From Candidatus Wirthbacteria bacterium (lineage in GTDB: Bacteria; Patescibacteriota; CG2-30-54-11), in assembly GCA_903889905.1 (NCBI GenBank), contig CAISZI010000040.1, positions 128,148 to 192,147 of the forward strand: 64,000 bases of DNA, in the 5' to 3' direction. The position numbers and the translations under genes were made by a program. Below, one piece after another: positions 46,213 through 54,994 of the stretch. The notes below the pieces were generated by a model. That model saw only the letters and a list, made by a program, of their open reading frames with translations, was not told the origin of the DNA and ran no database searches. The number at the start of each line of letters is the position of its first letter. The stretch's first letter is position 1.

Positions 46213-47703
46213 ATGCAATTTGCTGCAAATAAGTCACGTTTGGCCAAATGGCTGATTTTGGTTACTGCCGTCGCTGCAGTGCTGACCGCTATGATGTTTC
46301 TTCCTGGCAAGACTTTTGCCGATGATTTAAGTACCGCCGCCATCGTTCAGCTCAATAATCAAGCCCGAGCCCAAGCTGGTTTGGCTCCACTTTCGGTAAA
46401 TGCCAAACTAACAACGGCTGCCACCCGCAAAGCCAATGACATGATCGCTAACCAATATTTTGCCCACACCTCGCCAAGTAGTGTGACACCGTGGGCATGG
46501 ATTACGGGCGCTGGCTACAACTATCTGCACGCTGGCGAAAATCTTGCGGTCGACTTCTTTGATTCGCAGTCGGTGCAGGACGCATGGATGGCGAGTCCGG
46601 GCCACAAACACAATATTCTCAGTGCCGATTTCTCGGAAATGGGTGTTGGTATTGTTTCCGGTTGGTATGACAACCATACGACCAACATGATCGTTGTTAT
46701 GTTTGGCAGTCCCATGCCTGCCAAAGTCAGCACGCCCAGCGTCATTGCACCCACCAATCAAGCCGTCAGTAAACCGACTGCGGCATCGACAACGAATGCA
46801 AAGCAACCTGTGACAGTCGCGCCACAGGTTCAAATTGCGCCGGTGATTCTCAAAGACACAACCCCGCCTGCCGTTCCAGTCATAAGTGCTCCGGCCGACC
46901 AAACCTGGTTCGCCACCAAAATGATCCATATCAAAGGCGCCACGGAAGTAAATGCTTTGGTCAAGATCAGTGATGCCGGTACTCAAATCGGACAGGGGAA
47001 TGCGGATAACAACGGGAATTTCGATCTATTGGTGAAATTGGACGAAGGTCATCATGCGATTTCAGCCAATGCCCAGGATGGAGCTGGGAATGCCAGTGCA
47101 GAAAGCAAAGGCGTGACTTTTTCGATCGACATCACGCCACCCAAACTGGCGGACAACAAACCGATTTTGTATCAGCGAGAGGTGCTGACAGACCATGATT
47201 TTGTTGTCAAAATCTACCTTGTTGAATCGGTTTTAGGCACCCAGGCTTCATTGGTATGGCTGGATCAGACGATTGCGATGCAACCCATTCCAACCGAAAA
47301 TGCCTTCGCGGCCACCGTCCATTCACCCCAGACAGGTGGCGCTTCAGCCATGCATATCAACGTCATTGATTCCGCGGGTAACACGGCCACAGCGGAACAT
47401 ATCCCAATCAAAGTCGTGGCGGCCTATATCGACGGTCAAGGCAGTGACGTGTCACCGACAACGTTCAAACTGATGGGAGCAGTGGTGGTGGTGGATTTGT
47501 TTAATTCGTCACTGTTTAGCATCATGATCGTGCTTTCCAGCATTGGTATGTTTTTGCGTTTTCACTTTATGCGGCGCAAATTTCACCTGCAACATCCGCG
47601 GTCTTTATTGCAACTGGCCAACTGGGCCTGGATGTTAGTTCTCTGCGCGCCGATCCTGTATTGGCTGCTGAGTAACGCGCCGGCGCAAATCTTTGCCAGA
47701 TAA
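46213..47703 (+). CDS. Secreted/membrane CAP (SCP/PR-1-like) domain protein with Ig-like repeats and a C-terminal TM anchor
   Basis: Signal/TM segment (WLILVTAVAAVLTAMMFL). CAP motifs (LNNQARAQAGLAPL...HTSPS...GENLA...GHKHNIL). C-terminal TM segment. Confidence 0.7.
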   Translation: MQFAANKSRLAKWLILVTAVAAVLTAMMFLPGKTFADDLSTAAIVQLNNQARAQAGLAPLSVNAKLTTAATRKANDMIANQYFAHTSPSSVTPWAWITGAGYNYLHAGENLAVDFFDSQSVQDAWMASPGHKHNILSADFSEMGVGIVSGWYDNHTTNMIVVMFGSPMPAKVSTPSVIAPTNQAVSKPTAASTTNAKQPVTVAPQVQIAPVILKDTTPPAVPVISAPADQTWFATKMIHIKGATEVNALVKISDAGTQIGQGNADNNGNFDLLVKLDEGHHAISANAQDGAGNASAESKGVTFSIDITPPKLADNKPILYQREVLTDHDFVVKIYLVESVLGTQASLVWLDQTIAMQPIPTENAFAATVHSPQTGGASAMHINVIDSAGNTATAEHIPIKVVAAYIDGQGSDVSPTTFKLMGAVVVVDLFNSSLFSIMIVLSSIGMFLRFHFMRRKFHLQHPRSLLQLANWAWMLVLCAPILYWLLSNAPAQIFAR

Positions 47704-47743
47704 TGTTAACAGTCGTTGACAAACAGTCATCCAACCTTTAAAC

Positions 47744-47975
47744 TCAGCGCGAAGAAGAAAAAGGTTGTTTGTGGCGTTCCAGCGAGCCGTGCTTCGTGCA
47801 AGTCGGCACCCAGAACAAACCTTGCGACACTGCTTCAACCTCCGGGAGACCGGAGCGGCCTCCAGACCCGTTATCGCGTCTGCTAAAAGTAGTTTTTAAG
47901 GTGGTACCGCAGGCGTTCCGCTTGCCCTTAGCCGTTGACATGTTCGTGGCTTTGGGTTGGCGGTTTTTTTGTATT
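47744..47975 (+). ncRNA. Candidate structured RNA or 5' leader upstream of the PEP carboxylase (GC-rich, several hairpins including CTCCGG-GAGA-CCGGAG, ending in a T7 run)
   Basis: The 295-bp intergenic region is much more GC-rich and hairpin-dense than other intergenic regions here. It has a perfect 6-bp stem with a GNRA (GAGA) tetraloop at 47840-47855, a CAGAC..GTCTG hairpin at 47863-47882, and ends in GGTTGGCGGTTTTTTT. No known family could be assigned. Confidence 0.25.
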
Positions 47976-47997
47976 TATTTACCCACATGAGGATGAC

Positions 47998-49503
47998 ATG
48001 GATCGCAAAATTCCGATTTTGATGGCTTCGCAACATCCCGACAATATCTCTTCGCCATACTGGAAAAAAGACCCTTTTGTGACCACCTACGAAGAAACCG
48101 AAGAATGCTATCGTTGCTACCACGATTTGGGCTGTGATGAATATATGTGGGACTGGGAAGGCAAGCTTGTGGATGAAGCCGTGATCGACCGTTTGTTGCG
48201 CAAATACAATGAGTATTTCAGCAAACACCAAATTGGCCGTGACTTGTTTCTGACCATGCGCATTCCCAATCAAGCCTACGAATCTGGCTACCGCAATGCA
48301 CGCGCCTTTATGGGCATGTTGTCGGCTGAGGAATTCGTGCGCGACCTGAAACTCAACACACCGCCACTGTTTGAACTGATTTTGCCCATGACCACCAATG
48401 CCGAAGAACTGATGCAGATTGAAACCACTTTTCAGCGCACCGCGCAACTCAAATCCGAAGTGTTTGAGCAAAAACTGGGCATGGACCGGGTGGATGTGAT
48501 CCCGCTGTTCGAAGGCGTGGACAACCTGGTCAATTCGCACGCGATCATCCAAAAGTATTTTGCCTTGTACCGTAAACATTTTGGCCACAATCCTGAATAC
48601 CTGCGGCCGTTTGTGGCGCGTTCAGATCCTGCTCTCAACAGCGGTATCGTTGCCACCACACTGGGTATCAAAATTGCCTTGTCACAGTTTGCACAACTGG
48701 CCGAATCCACCGGCATCCCCATGTATCCGATTATCGGTCCAGGTGGGCTGCCTTTCCGCGGCCATTTGCATCCCCAGAATGTTAAACACTTTGTACGCGA
48801 ATATGCCGGGGTTTATACTGCTGTGATCCAGTCCTCGTTTCGTTATGACTGGCCCATGGACGAAGTCAAAGCTGCGCTCAAGTACCTCAAACGTGAGCTC
48901 CCCAAACGCCAGGCCGTAACGATCCCGCCCCAGGATCGGCAAGGTTTGCTCAAGATCATTGCCATTTTTGAAAACCACTACCGCAAAACCGTCGAAAAGC
49001 TGGCTGACCAGATCAATGACATCGCCGCTTATGTCCCGTCACGTCGTGAACGCATGTTGCACATTGGCCTGTTTGGTTACAGCCGCAAAGTTGGCAAAAA
49101 AGCTCTGCCACGCGCCATCAAGTTCACTTCAGCGTTGTATTCGATTGGCATCCCTCCCGAACTGATTGGGGTTGGCCGGGGACTGGCGGATATCAAGCAA
49201 GCAGGCCTGATGGACTTGCTGTTTAAATACTACGTCAATCTCGAACACGACATCAAAAACGCCGGTTACTATCTTAATCGTGAAAACCTGCAGTTTCTGG
49301 TCAATGACAGTGCGACCTGGAAAGAAGTCCAAAAAGACGTGACGCTGATCGAAGAAATTCTCGGACTGGAACTTGGCCCACGCGCGCTCGAGCACTATAT
49401 CCATCGCAATTCCACCTCCAATGTTTATTTTCTCAAGCAGGATGGCCGGGACTTTGTCAAAGAAATCGAGTGGGCCGCCAAATGGCGCAAAAGTCTTGGT
49501 TAA
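47998..49503 (+). CDS. ppcA: Archaeal-type phosphoenolpyruvate carboxylase (PpcA/atPEPC)
   Basis: MDRKIPILMASQHPDN is the hallmark N-terminus of archaeal-type PEPC. Protein of about 500 aa. GAGGA RBS 4 nt before the ATG at 47998. Confidence 0.8.
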   Translation: MDRKIPILMASQHPDNISSPYWKKDPFVTTYEETEECYRCYHDLGCDEYMWDWEGKLVDEAVIDRLLRKYNEYFSKHQIGRDLFLTMRIPNQAYESGYRNARAFMGMLSAEEFVRDLKLNTPPLFELILPMTTNAEELMQIETTFQRTAQLKSEVFEQKLGMDRVDVIPLFEGVDNLVNSHAIIQKYFALYRKHFGHNPEYLRPFVARSDPALNSGIVATTLGIKIALSQFAQLAESTGIPMYPIIGPGGLPFRGHLHPQNVKHFVREYAGVYTAVIQSSFRYDWPMDEVKAALKYLKRELPKRQAVTIPPQDRQGLLKIIAIFENHYRKTVEKLADQINDIAAYVPSRRERMLHIGLFGYSRKVGKKALPRAIKFTSALYSIGIPPELIGVGRGLADIKQAGLMDLLFKYYVNLEHDIKNAGYYLNRENLQFLVNDSATWKEVQKDVTLIEEILGLELGPRALEHYIHRNSTSNVYFLKQDGRDFVKEIEWAAKWRKSLG

Positions 49504-49532
49504 CCTTCCCAACGTATTCCAAGGAGTTTCGC

Positions 49533-51434
49533 ATGCAACGTATCTGGGTAACGCAAACAGCTCAAAAGACAGAGCAACAGGTATTGCTCAAAGGCTGGGT
49601 GCACAATCATCGCGACCATGGCAAGGTTTTGTTTGTGGATTTGCGCGACCGGTCTGGCCTGGTTCAGCTCGTCTTTCAGCACGACCAGCATGAAGCCTTG
49701 TATCAGCAGGCACGTAAACTGGGCAATGAAGATGTGATTGAAGTGCTGGGCAAAGTTGTGGGTCGTGATGCCAAGCTGGTTAACGCCAAACTCGCGACCG
49801 GTGCCATCGAAGTGGTAGTCGAATCAGTAAAAATCCTCAGCCAGTGCGCTAAACTTCCGATTGAGATCAATCAGGAAAATCTGCAATTTGCCGAAGAACT
49901 GCGTCTCAAATACCGCTATCTCGACCTGCGCCGCCCGCACATGCAGCGCAAAATGATGCTGCGCAGCCAAATGGTCAACCTTTGCCGCGAATATCTGCTC
50001 CAAAACGAATTTATCGACATTGAAACTCCGATGTTGACCAAATCCACACCCGAGGGATCGCGCGACTTTGTCGTCCCCAGCCGTTTTTACAAAGGTAAAT
50101 TTTACGCTTTGCCCCAAAGTCCGCAGCAGTACAAACAGCTGTTGATGGTGGCTGGTTACGAGCGTTACTTTCAAGTCGCCCGCTGTATCCGGGATGAAGA
50201 CCTGCGCGCCGACCGCGGCTTTGAATTCAGCCAGCTCGATCTTGAAATGTCGTTTGTGGAACAGGCCGATGTGATGAGCTTGATCGAGGCCATGGTGATC
50301 AAGGTGGTGGACACGATCGGTGGCAAAACAATTCGCCAGCGCCCTTTTCCCGTGGTGGACTACCAGGATGCTCTCAAGCAGTACGGCGCTGACAAATTCG
50401 ACATGCGCGAAGATCCCAAGCATCCAGACGAACTGGCGTTTGCTTGGGTTGTCAACTTTCCCACCTTTGTCCGTGACGAAGAAACCAAAGGCTGGACCTA
50501 TTCGCATAACCCCTTTACCGGCCCCCAACCAGAGCTGCTGGAAACCCTGCGTAGCATCGATGTACAAAACCTCAAAGACCCGGCCGAGATCGCCAAAATC
50601 CAGAATCTGACCTCCACCCAGTACGACCTGGTGTGCAACGGATTTGAAATCGGTGGTGGCGGTATTCGCATCCACGATCCCGAACTATTGTCCAAGGTAT
50701 TTGAAATTATTGGCCACTCGCCCGCCAAAATTCGCGAGCAGTTTGGCCACATGCTGGATGCGTTCCAATATGGCGTGCCGCCACACGGTGGGATTGCTCT
50801 TGGGCTGGACCGTTTTGCCATGCTGCTCACAGGCGACACGAGTTTGAAGGAAGTAATTCCATTCCCCATGACTTCCAGCGGTCACACCGCGGTCATGGAC
50901 GCACCGGCTGATGTCACTGAAGCGCAATTGGTGGAATTGGGTTTGTCGATTCGGAGCAGTGCGAAACGCTCGGTGTTCAAAGACATTTGTACCATGCTCG
51001 ATGATCGCCATATCGTTTACAAAAAGTTTGAACACGAGGCCGTACTCACTTCCGAAGACGCGGCCAGGGTACGTGGCACGCAGCTTGCCAGTGGTGCCAA
51101 AGCATTGCTCGTGAAGGCCGGCAATGACTTCCATATGGTGGTGCTTTCGGCCCAGGAAAAGCTGGATTCCAAAAAGTTACGTGACACACTGGGAGTTGCC
51201 AAAACCCGCTTTGCCACACCCGAAGAAGTACTCCAGACGACTGGCTGCGAGCTGGGCGCGGTCCCACCCTTTGGCGACATCTTCAATGTCAAACTGTGGG
51301 TGGACAAAAGTTTGTCGCGTCAAACGACGGTCGATTTCAACGCAGGGGAGCGGACACGTTCGATTGAAATGTCGTATAGTGATTATGAAAAACTGGTCAA
51401 AGCACCTATTGTCGAGGTCACCGTTACGGCATGA
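49533..51434 (+). CDS. aspS: Aspartyl-tRNA synthetase (bacterial-type core lacking the GAD insertion) fused to a C-terminal YbaK/ProX-like aminoacyl-tRNA deacylase domain
   Basis: AAGGAG RBS at 49521. N-terminal OB anticodon-binding domain (GWVHNHRDHGKVLFVDLRDRSGLVQ). Class II motif 2 ARCIRDEDLRADRGFEFSQLDLEMSF. Motif 3 GGGIRIHD..GLDRFAML. The last roughly 165 aa align with YbaK (KALLV, LDSKKLRDTLGVAKTRFATP, TGCELGAVPPFG). Confidence 0.85.
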   Translation: MQRIWVTQTAQKTEQQVLLKGWVHNHRDHGKVLFVDLRDRSGLVQLVFQHDQHEALYQQARKLGNEDVIEVLGKVVGRDAKLVNAKLATGAIEVVVESVKILSQCAKLPIEINQENLQFAEELRLKYRYLDLRRPHMQRKMMLRSQMVNLCREYLLQNEFIDIETPMLTKSTPEGSRDFVVPSRFYKGKFYALPQSPQQYKQLLMVAGYERYFQVARCIRDEDLRADRGFEFSQLDLEMSFVEQADVMSLIEAMVIKVVDTIGGKTIRQRPFPVVDYQDALKQYGADKFDMREDPKHPDELAFAWVVNFPTFVRDEETKGWTYSHNPFTGPQPELLETLRSIDVQNLKDPAEIAKIQNLTSTQYDLVCNGFEIGGGGIRIHDPELLSKVFEIIGHSPAKIREQFGHMLDAFQYGVPPHGGIALGLDRFAMLLTGDTSLKEVIPFPMTSSGHTAVMDAPADVTEAQLVELGLSIRSSAKRSVFKDICTMLDDRHIVYKKFEHEAVLTSEDAARVRGTQLASGAKALLVKAGNDFHMVVLSAQEKLDSKKLRDTLGVAKTRFATPEEVLQTTGCELGAVPPFGDIFNVKLWVDKSLSRQTTVDFNAGERTRSIEMSYSDYEKLVKAPIVEVTVTA

Positions 51435-52102
51435 GACGTATCCTGAAATTCTTTGCGTCGTTCTGGGCATTGTTTTTGCTGGTGCCCTTTTTGGCTGTGG
51501 TGATTAGTTGCGCAGTGTTTTATGCGCTCGTGCAGCTCAATCAGCTGCCGATCTATCCCAAGGCTATCTCTGTCCCCGGCACCTACTCGGTCGCCCTGGT
51601 GTTTGGCGCTGGCCTGAGCAGCAATGGCCAGCCCAGCGCTGTGCTTAGCGATCGGGTTGCCGCGGCAGTGGATTTGTACAAGGCACAAAAAGTCAAGAAA
51701 TTACTAATGAGCGGTGATAATCGTTTTGTCACCTACAACGAACCCGGGGCGATGAAGAAACTGGCCATGCAAATGGGCGTTCCCGACGCCGATATTGTCC
51801 TGGACTATGGTGGCCGGCGCAGTTATGACACATGTTATCGTGCCAAACATATATTTGGGGTTGAGGACGCAATTGTGGTCACTAGCGGGTTTCATCTGCG
51901 GCGAGCTTTGTATACGTGTGCTGGCATTGGTTTACGGGTGATTGGCCTCAAGGCAGATACGCAGGAGTATACCAATGAAATCAACTGGCGACTGAGGGAA
52001 GTCCCGGCCAGCATCGAAGCCTGGTGGGAAGTTAACATTACCAAATCCGAAGCACAGGTCATGGGCAAAGCGGAAACGATCGTGTTTGCAACCACCAACT
52101 AA
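51431..52102 (+). CDS. SanA/YdcF-like DUF218 membrane protein
   Basis: N-terminal TM followed by a DUF218 core (ALVFGAGLSSNGQPSAVLSDRVAAAVDLY...LLMSGDN...VVTSGFHLRRA). ATGA overlap with aspS. Confidence 0.6.
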   Translation: MRRILKFFASFWALFLLVPFLAVVISCAVFYALVQLNQLPIYPKAISVPGTYSVALVFGAGLSSNGQPSAVLSDRVAAAVDLYKAQKVKKLLMSGDNRFVTYNEPGAMKKLAMQMGVPDADIVLDYGGRRSYDTCYRAKHIFGVEDAIVVTSGFHLRRALYTCAGIGLRVIGLKADTQEYTNEINWRLREVPASIEAWWEVNITKSEAQVMGKAETIVFATTN

Positions 52103-52117
52103 ATCCAAGGAGTAACA

Positions 52118-52837
52118 ATGACATTTAACGTGACCGTTGATGAATTCAGTGGCACATTGGAAGCTTTGGTCGAGCTCGTGCGAAATCACAGTCTGGATGT
52201 CCTGACGCTGGATCTGATCAGTATTGCCGAGCAGATGGAAGCTGCAGTCGTCGCTGGCACTCTGCCGCAGCTGGATCTTGCTGAACAAATGGTACTGCTT
52301 TCCGATTTGTTACGTCGCAAGTCCAAAGCCTTGCTCCCCATGGACAAAGACGAAGAAGCCAAAACCGGGGATACTGTCTCGGTCGAAAACATGCAGGAGG
52401 ATTTTGCCAAATTCCGCGAGCTCAGCGCCTACCTGGAAAACCTCGAAGACAAGGAAGAACAAAGTTTTACCCGTCACGTCACCGCCCGCATCGAAGAAGA
52501 CATCGAAATCAAGGATTTCCTGGAAGCCGTTAAGCTCGAAGACCTGTCGATTGCTTTGCACGACGTCCTGAAACGCTTCAAGGATCAGCAGGAACCGATG
52601 CAGTTCAGCGAGGAAGTCGAAAAGGAATCGTTCAACATTCAGACCAAAATTGACGCCATCAAAACCATGCTTACCCAGCACCACAAAAAAATGGAATTTG
52701 TCCAACTTTTCAGTGGCGCCCACTCCAAACTCGAGATTATTGTCACCTTCCTGGCCATGCTGGAGCTGATCAAGCAAAAAGACGTCAAAGTAGAACAGGA
52801 ACGTCAGTTTGGCCCGATTTTTTTGCTTCGCGTCTAA
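52118..52837 (+). CDS. scpA: Segregation and condensation protein A (ScpA kleisin)
   Basis: N-terminal FSGTLEALVELVRNHSLDVLTLDLISIAEQ resembles the ScpA (F/L)xGPLDLLLhLI motif. Acidic middle region and a C-terminal winged helix. Confidence 0.65.
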   Translation: MTFNVTVDEFSGTLEALVELVRNHSLDVLTLDLISIAEQMEAAVVAGTLPQLDLAEQMVLLSDLLRRKSKALLPMDKDEEAKTGDTVSVENMQEDFAKFRELSAYLENLEDKEEQSFTRHVTARIEEDIEIKDFLEAVKLEDLSIALHDVLKRFKDQQEPMQFSEEVEKESFNIQTKIDAIKTMLTQHHKKMEFVQLFSGAHSKLEIIVTFLAMLELIKQKDVKVEQERQFGPIFLLRV

Positions 52838-52894
52838 AAAGGCTTGCACCAACTGGCCCGGATAGGGTATCTTAGACCAGTTGAAATGCCGCAG

Positions 52895-52969
52895 GCCCCC
52901 TTCGTCTATCGGTTAGGACGTCACGCTTTCAATGTGAAAAGAGGAGTTCGACTCTCCTAGGGGGCGCCA
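52895..52969 (+). tRNA. tRNA-Glu (anticodon UUC)
   Basis: Hand-folded cloverleaf. Acceptor GCCCCCT/AGGGGGC, D-stem GTCT/GGAC, anticodon stem TCACG/TGTGA with loop CTTTCAA (anticodon TTC), 4-nt variable loop, T-arm AGGAG-TTCGACT-CTCCT, discriminator G, and an encoded CCA. Confidence 0.9.
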
Positions 52970-53003
52970 TTCTTCGCTAAAGCTACGAATGGCAGGCCAT
53001 ATA

Positions 53004-53033
53004 AAACCGCATCACTACCGATGTGGTTTTTTG
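53004..53033. terminator. Bidirectional rho-independent terminator between the tRNA-Glu and the convergent lipoprotein gene
   Basis: AAAA-CCGCATC-actacc-GATGTGG-TTTTTT. Confidence 0.6.
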
Positions 53034-53049
53034 TTGTCTAAAAACCGAT

Positions 53050-53715
53050 TTAGCTATTCGTCGTCCGGTTAAATAACCAGTGCCAGAAACTTTTGTTGTT
53101 CTGATCCAGCATTTTTTGCAAGTGGATTACCCAGGTATTCTGGGGGTTGCCTTCGGTGCTGAGAGTCAACACAACCGTGACTGCATCCACGCCGGTAAAT
53201 GTTTTGGTCAGTACCGGATCGTGATATTCAATATTTTCCTTGAGGTCTGTGATCGTGTAGGACGACACATTGGCCAGGTAATTCTTGAACGTCTGGTTGA
53301 CCTGGGCAAACTGGTCGGCAGTATAGCTGCCGGCATAATCCGGGTGCAAATAGGTATAAATTTTGGCAAAATCGCCATTTTTTAAGCCATCCACAATGCG
53401 GCGGGCCATTTCCTGGGGAGTCGGAATGAGAAAGATATTTCTCGACTTTTCTTTGGTCAAGATGGTAGTGAATGGTTCAAAACCATCAGCTGAATAGGTG
53501 ACGTCCTGGGCAATATCGTCTTTTTTGATACTGTATTTGCCGTCTTTTTTGGTGGTAAATATGCGCGGATTGGTACCGCTGAGTTTGACCGACACCTTGA
53601 CGCTGTCTATTACACTTCCGGTGGAATTGTCGGTGATCACGCCGCGCAATGTGTAACTGCACGCGGAGAGTACAAAGGCCGAGACTACCAGCAGCAGGAC
53701 GATTTTACGGTTCAT
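53050..53715 (-). CDS. Hypothetical lipoprotein
   Basis: Signal peptide with a lipobox (LLLVVSAFVLSAC). Confidence 0.6.
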   Translation of the reverse strand: MNRKIVLLLVVSAFVLSACSYTLRGVITDNSTGSVIDSVKVSVKLSGTNPRIFTTKKDGKYSIKKDDIAQDVTYSADGFEPFTTILTKEKSRNIFLIPTPQEMARRIVDGLKNGDFAKIYTYLHPDYAGSYTADQFAQVNQTFKNYLANVSSYTITDLKENIEYHDPVLTKTFTGVDAVTVVLTLSTEGNPQNTWVIHLQKMLDQNNKSFWHWLFNRTTNS

Positions 53716-53741
53716 GGCAAACCTTGAGTTGGAAGATAAAT

Positions 53742-54359
53742 TTACACAGACTGTTTGAGCAGCTGCTGAAAATAGGGTTCTTTGAGAACATCCCGGCTAT
53801 TAAATTCAAGTAATTTGGTCAAATCGTTCAATTTTTCAACGACACGTGGCGTTTCGTCCTTTTCCAGGAAGCAGTGGATTTCCATAAAGGAACCGTTGAT
53901 TTTTTCCACGGTATCGATGGTGACGGTAAACGGTTGTCCCAGCTGCGGCAAATTGTATTCTTCCCGCTTCTTGGTCACTTCAATGACCTTTTCCATGCCC
54001 ATCAGTTCCAGCAACCGGAGAATATCTTTGGTACGGTTATCATGGGAGGAAAAAATAGCTTTGATTTGCTCATCCATGGTGTAGTGGGCGCCCAGCTGAT
54101 AGGCAAACAGGCTGAGCGATTGGCTGACAGTGCCACTACTGAGGTTGTTGTCTTCGCGCAGGCGCAAAAACAGGCCCTTGGTCCTTGGCGTGAGCGCAAA
54201 TCGTTCGATAAACGGTCCATTGTAGGCGCGCGAGTCGGGGGTAAAAATGTAGTCACGCATCAAGAGGCTGCGGCTAAAAACGCCTCCCAGCTTTTTGATC
54301 GTGAGAGTCAGTTTGTTTTCGAGCTGCGGGGGAATGAGGAATTTTTGTTGAATGTGCAT
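53742..54359 (-). CDS. CYTH-like domain protein (triphosphate tunnel fold), possibly with altered catalytic residues
   Basis: MHIQQKFLI at the position of the CYTH ExExK strand, LRLRED and MEIHCFLEKDE later. AAAGG RBS 8 nt upstream of the ATG at 54359. The track's longer version (to 54593) adds a basic, low-complexity extension with no RBS. Confidence 0.4.
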   Translation of the reverse strand: MHIQQKFLIPPQLENKLTLTIKKLGGVFSRSLLMRDYIFTPDSRAYNGPFIERFALTPRTKGLFLRLREDNNLSSGTVSQSLSLFAYQLGAHYTMDEQIKAIFSSHDNRTKDILRLLELMGMEKVIEVTKKREEYNLPQLGQPFTVTIDTVEKINGSFMEIHCFLEKDETPRVVEKLNDLTKLLEFNSRDVLKEPYFQQLLKQSV

Positions 54360-54458
54360 CAAATTTACCTTTCTGCTCGTATTATAAACAAACTTGGGCT
54401 TTTGTGGAAAGGCTTTTGCTTTGCGCAGCAGTTTGTTAAACTGGCGCAGGAGGAAATT

Positions 54459-54992
54459 ATGGTTCTCTGGGTTGTGGTTGTGTTGATTTTTGTCAGTGCA
54501 CTGTTCTTTTTGTTCACCTGGTTTTCGGGTGGGCCTTACACACCTGTTTCGTCGGCGTTCCTTCGACAGATGACCAAGGAACTGCTGTTGCAAAGCAACC
54601 AGCGTTTTTATGACCTTGGTTCAGGCGACGGCCGGGTGCTGGTGGCCATGGCCAAAGCGTTCCAGGTACATGGCGTCGGCTATGAAATCAACCCGGTTGC
54701 TTTTGTCCTTAGTTTGCTTTGGTCGCGATGGCGCGGGACCTCCGGGTTTGTCCAGTTTCGTTTTGCCGATTTGTTTCATGCCGACGTGGAAAAGGCAAAT
54801 GTCGTTTTTTTGCATTTACTGCCTCATGCGGTGCGTCATTATGTCCAAAGTCAAAAGCAACGCCTGCGGCCCGGAACGCGGATTCTGTCCTATGGTGTAC
54901 CCATCGCTGGATTGACCGAAATCCAGGTCATACGGATGACAGTGCGGGGCTTTAGTCTGGCGCCCAATATTTTGTACGTATATCAGGTTTAA
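54459..54992 (+). CDS. Membrane-anchored class I SAM-dependent methyltransferase
   Basis: GGAGG RBS at 54448. N-terminal TM (VLWVVVVLIFVSALFFLF). SAM motif I YDLGSGDGRVLVAMA. The track ORF 53874..54992 extends antisense through the CYTH-like gene and is rejected. Confidence 0.65.
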   Translation: MVLWVVVVLIFVSALFFLFTWFSGGPYTPVSSAFLRQMTKELLLQSNQRFYDLGSGDGRVLVAMAKAFQVHGVGYEINPVAFVLSLLWSRWRGTSGFVQFRFADLFHADVEKANVVFLHLLPHAVRHYVQSQKQRLRPGTRILSYGVPIAGLTEIQVIRMTVRGFSLAPNILYVYQV

Positions 54993-54994
54993 CC

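Noticed and set aside
49824-51134. 283-aa and 149-aa minus-strand ORFs antisense to aspS
   Set aside because: aspS motifs 2 and 3 are clear on the plus strand.
53874-54992. 372-aa plus-strand ORF spanning the CYTH-like gene antisense
   Set aside because: Only the last 177 aa (from the ATG at 54459, with a GGAGG RBS) look like a real protein: a TM helix plus a SAM methyltransferase. The N-terminal 195 aa are low-complexity antisense translation of the minus-strand gene.
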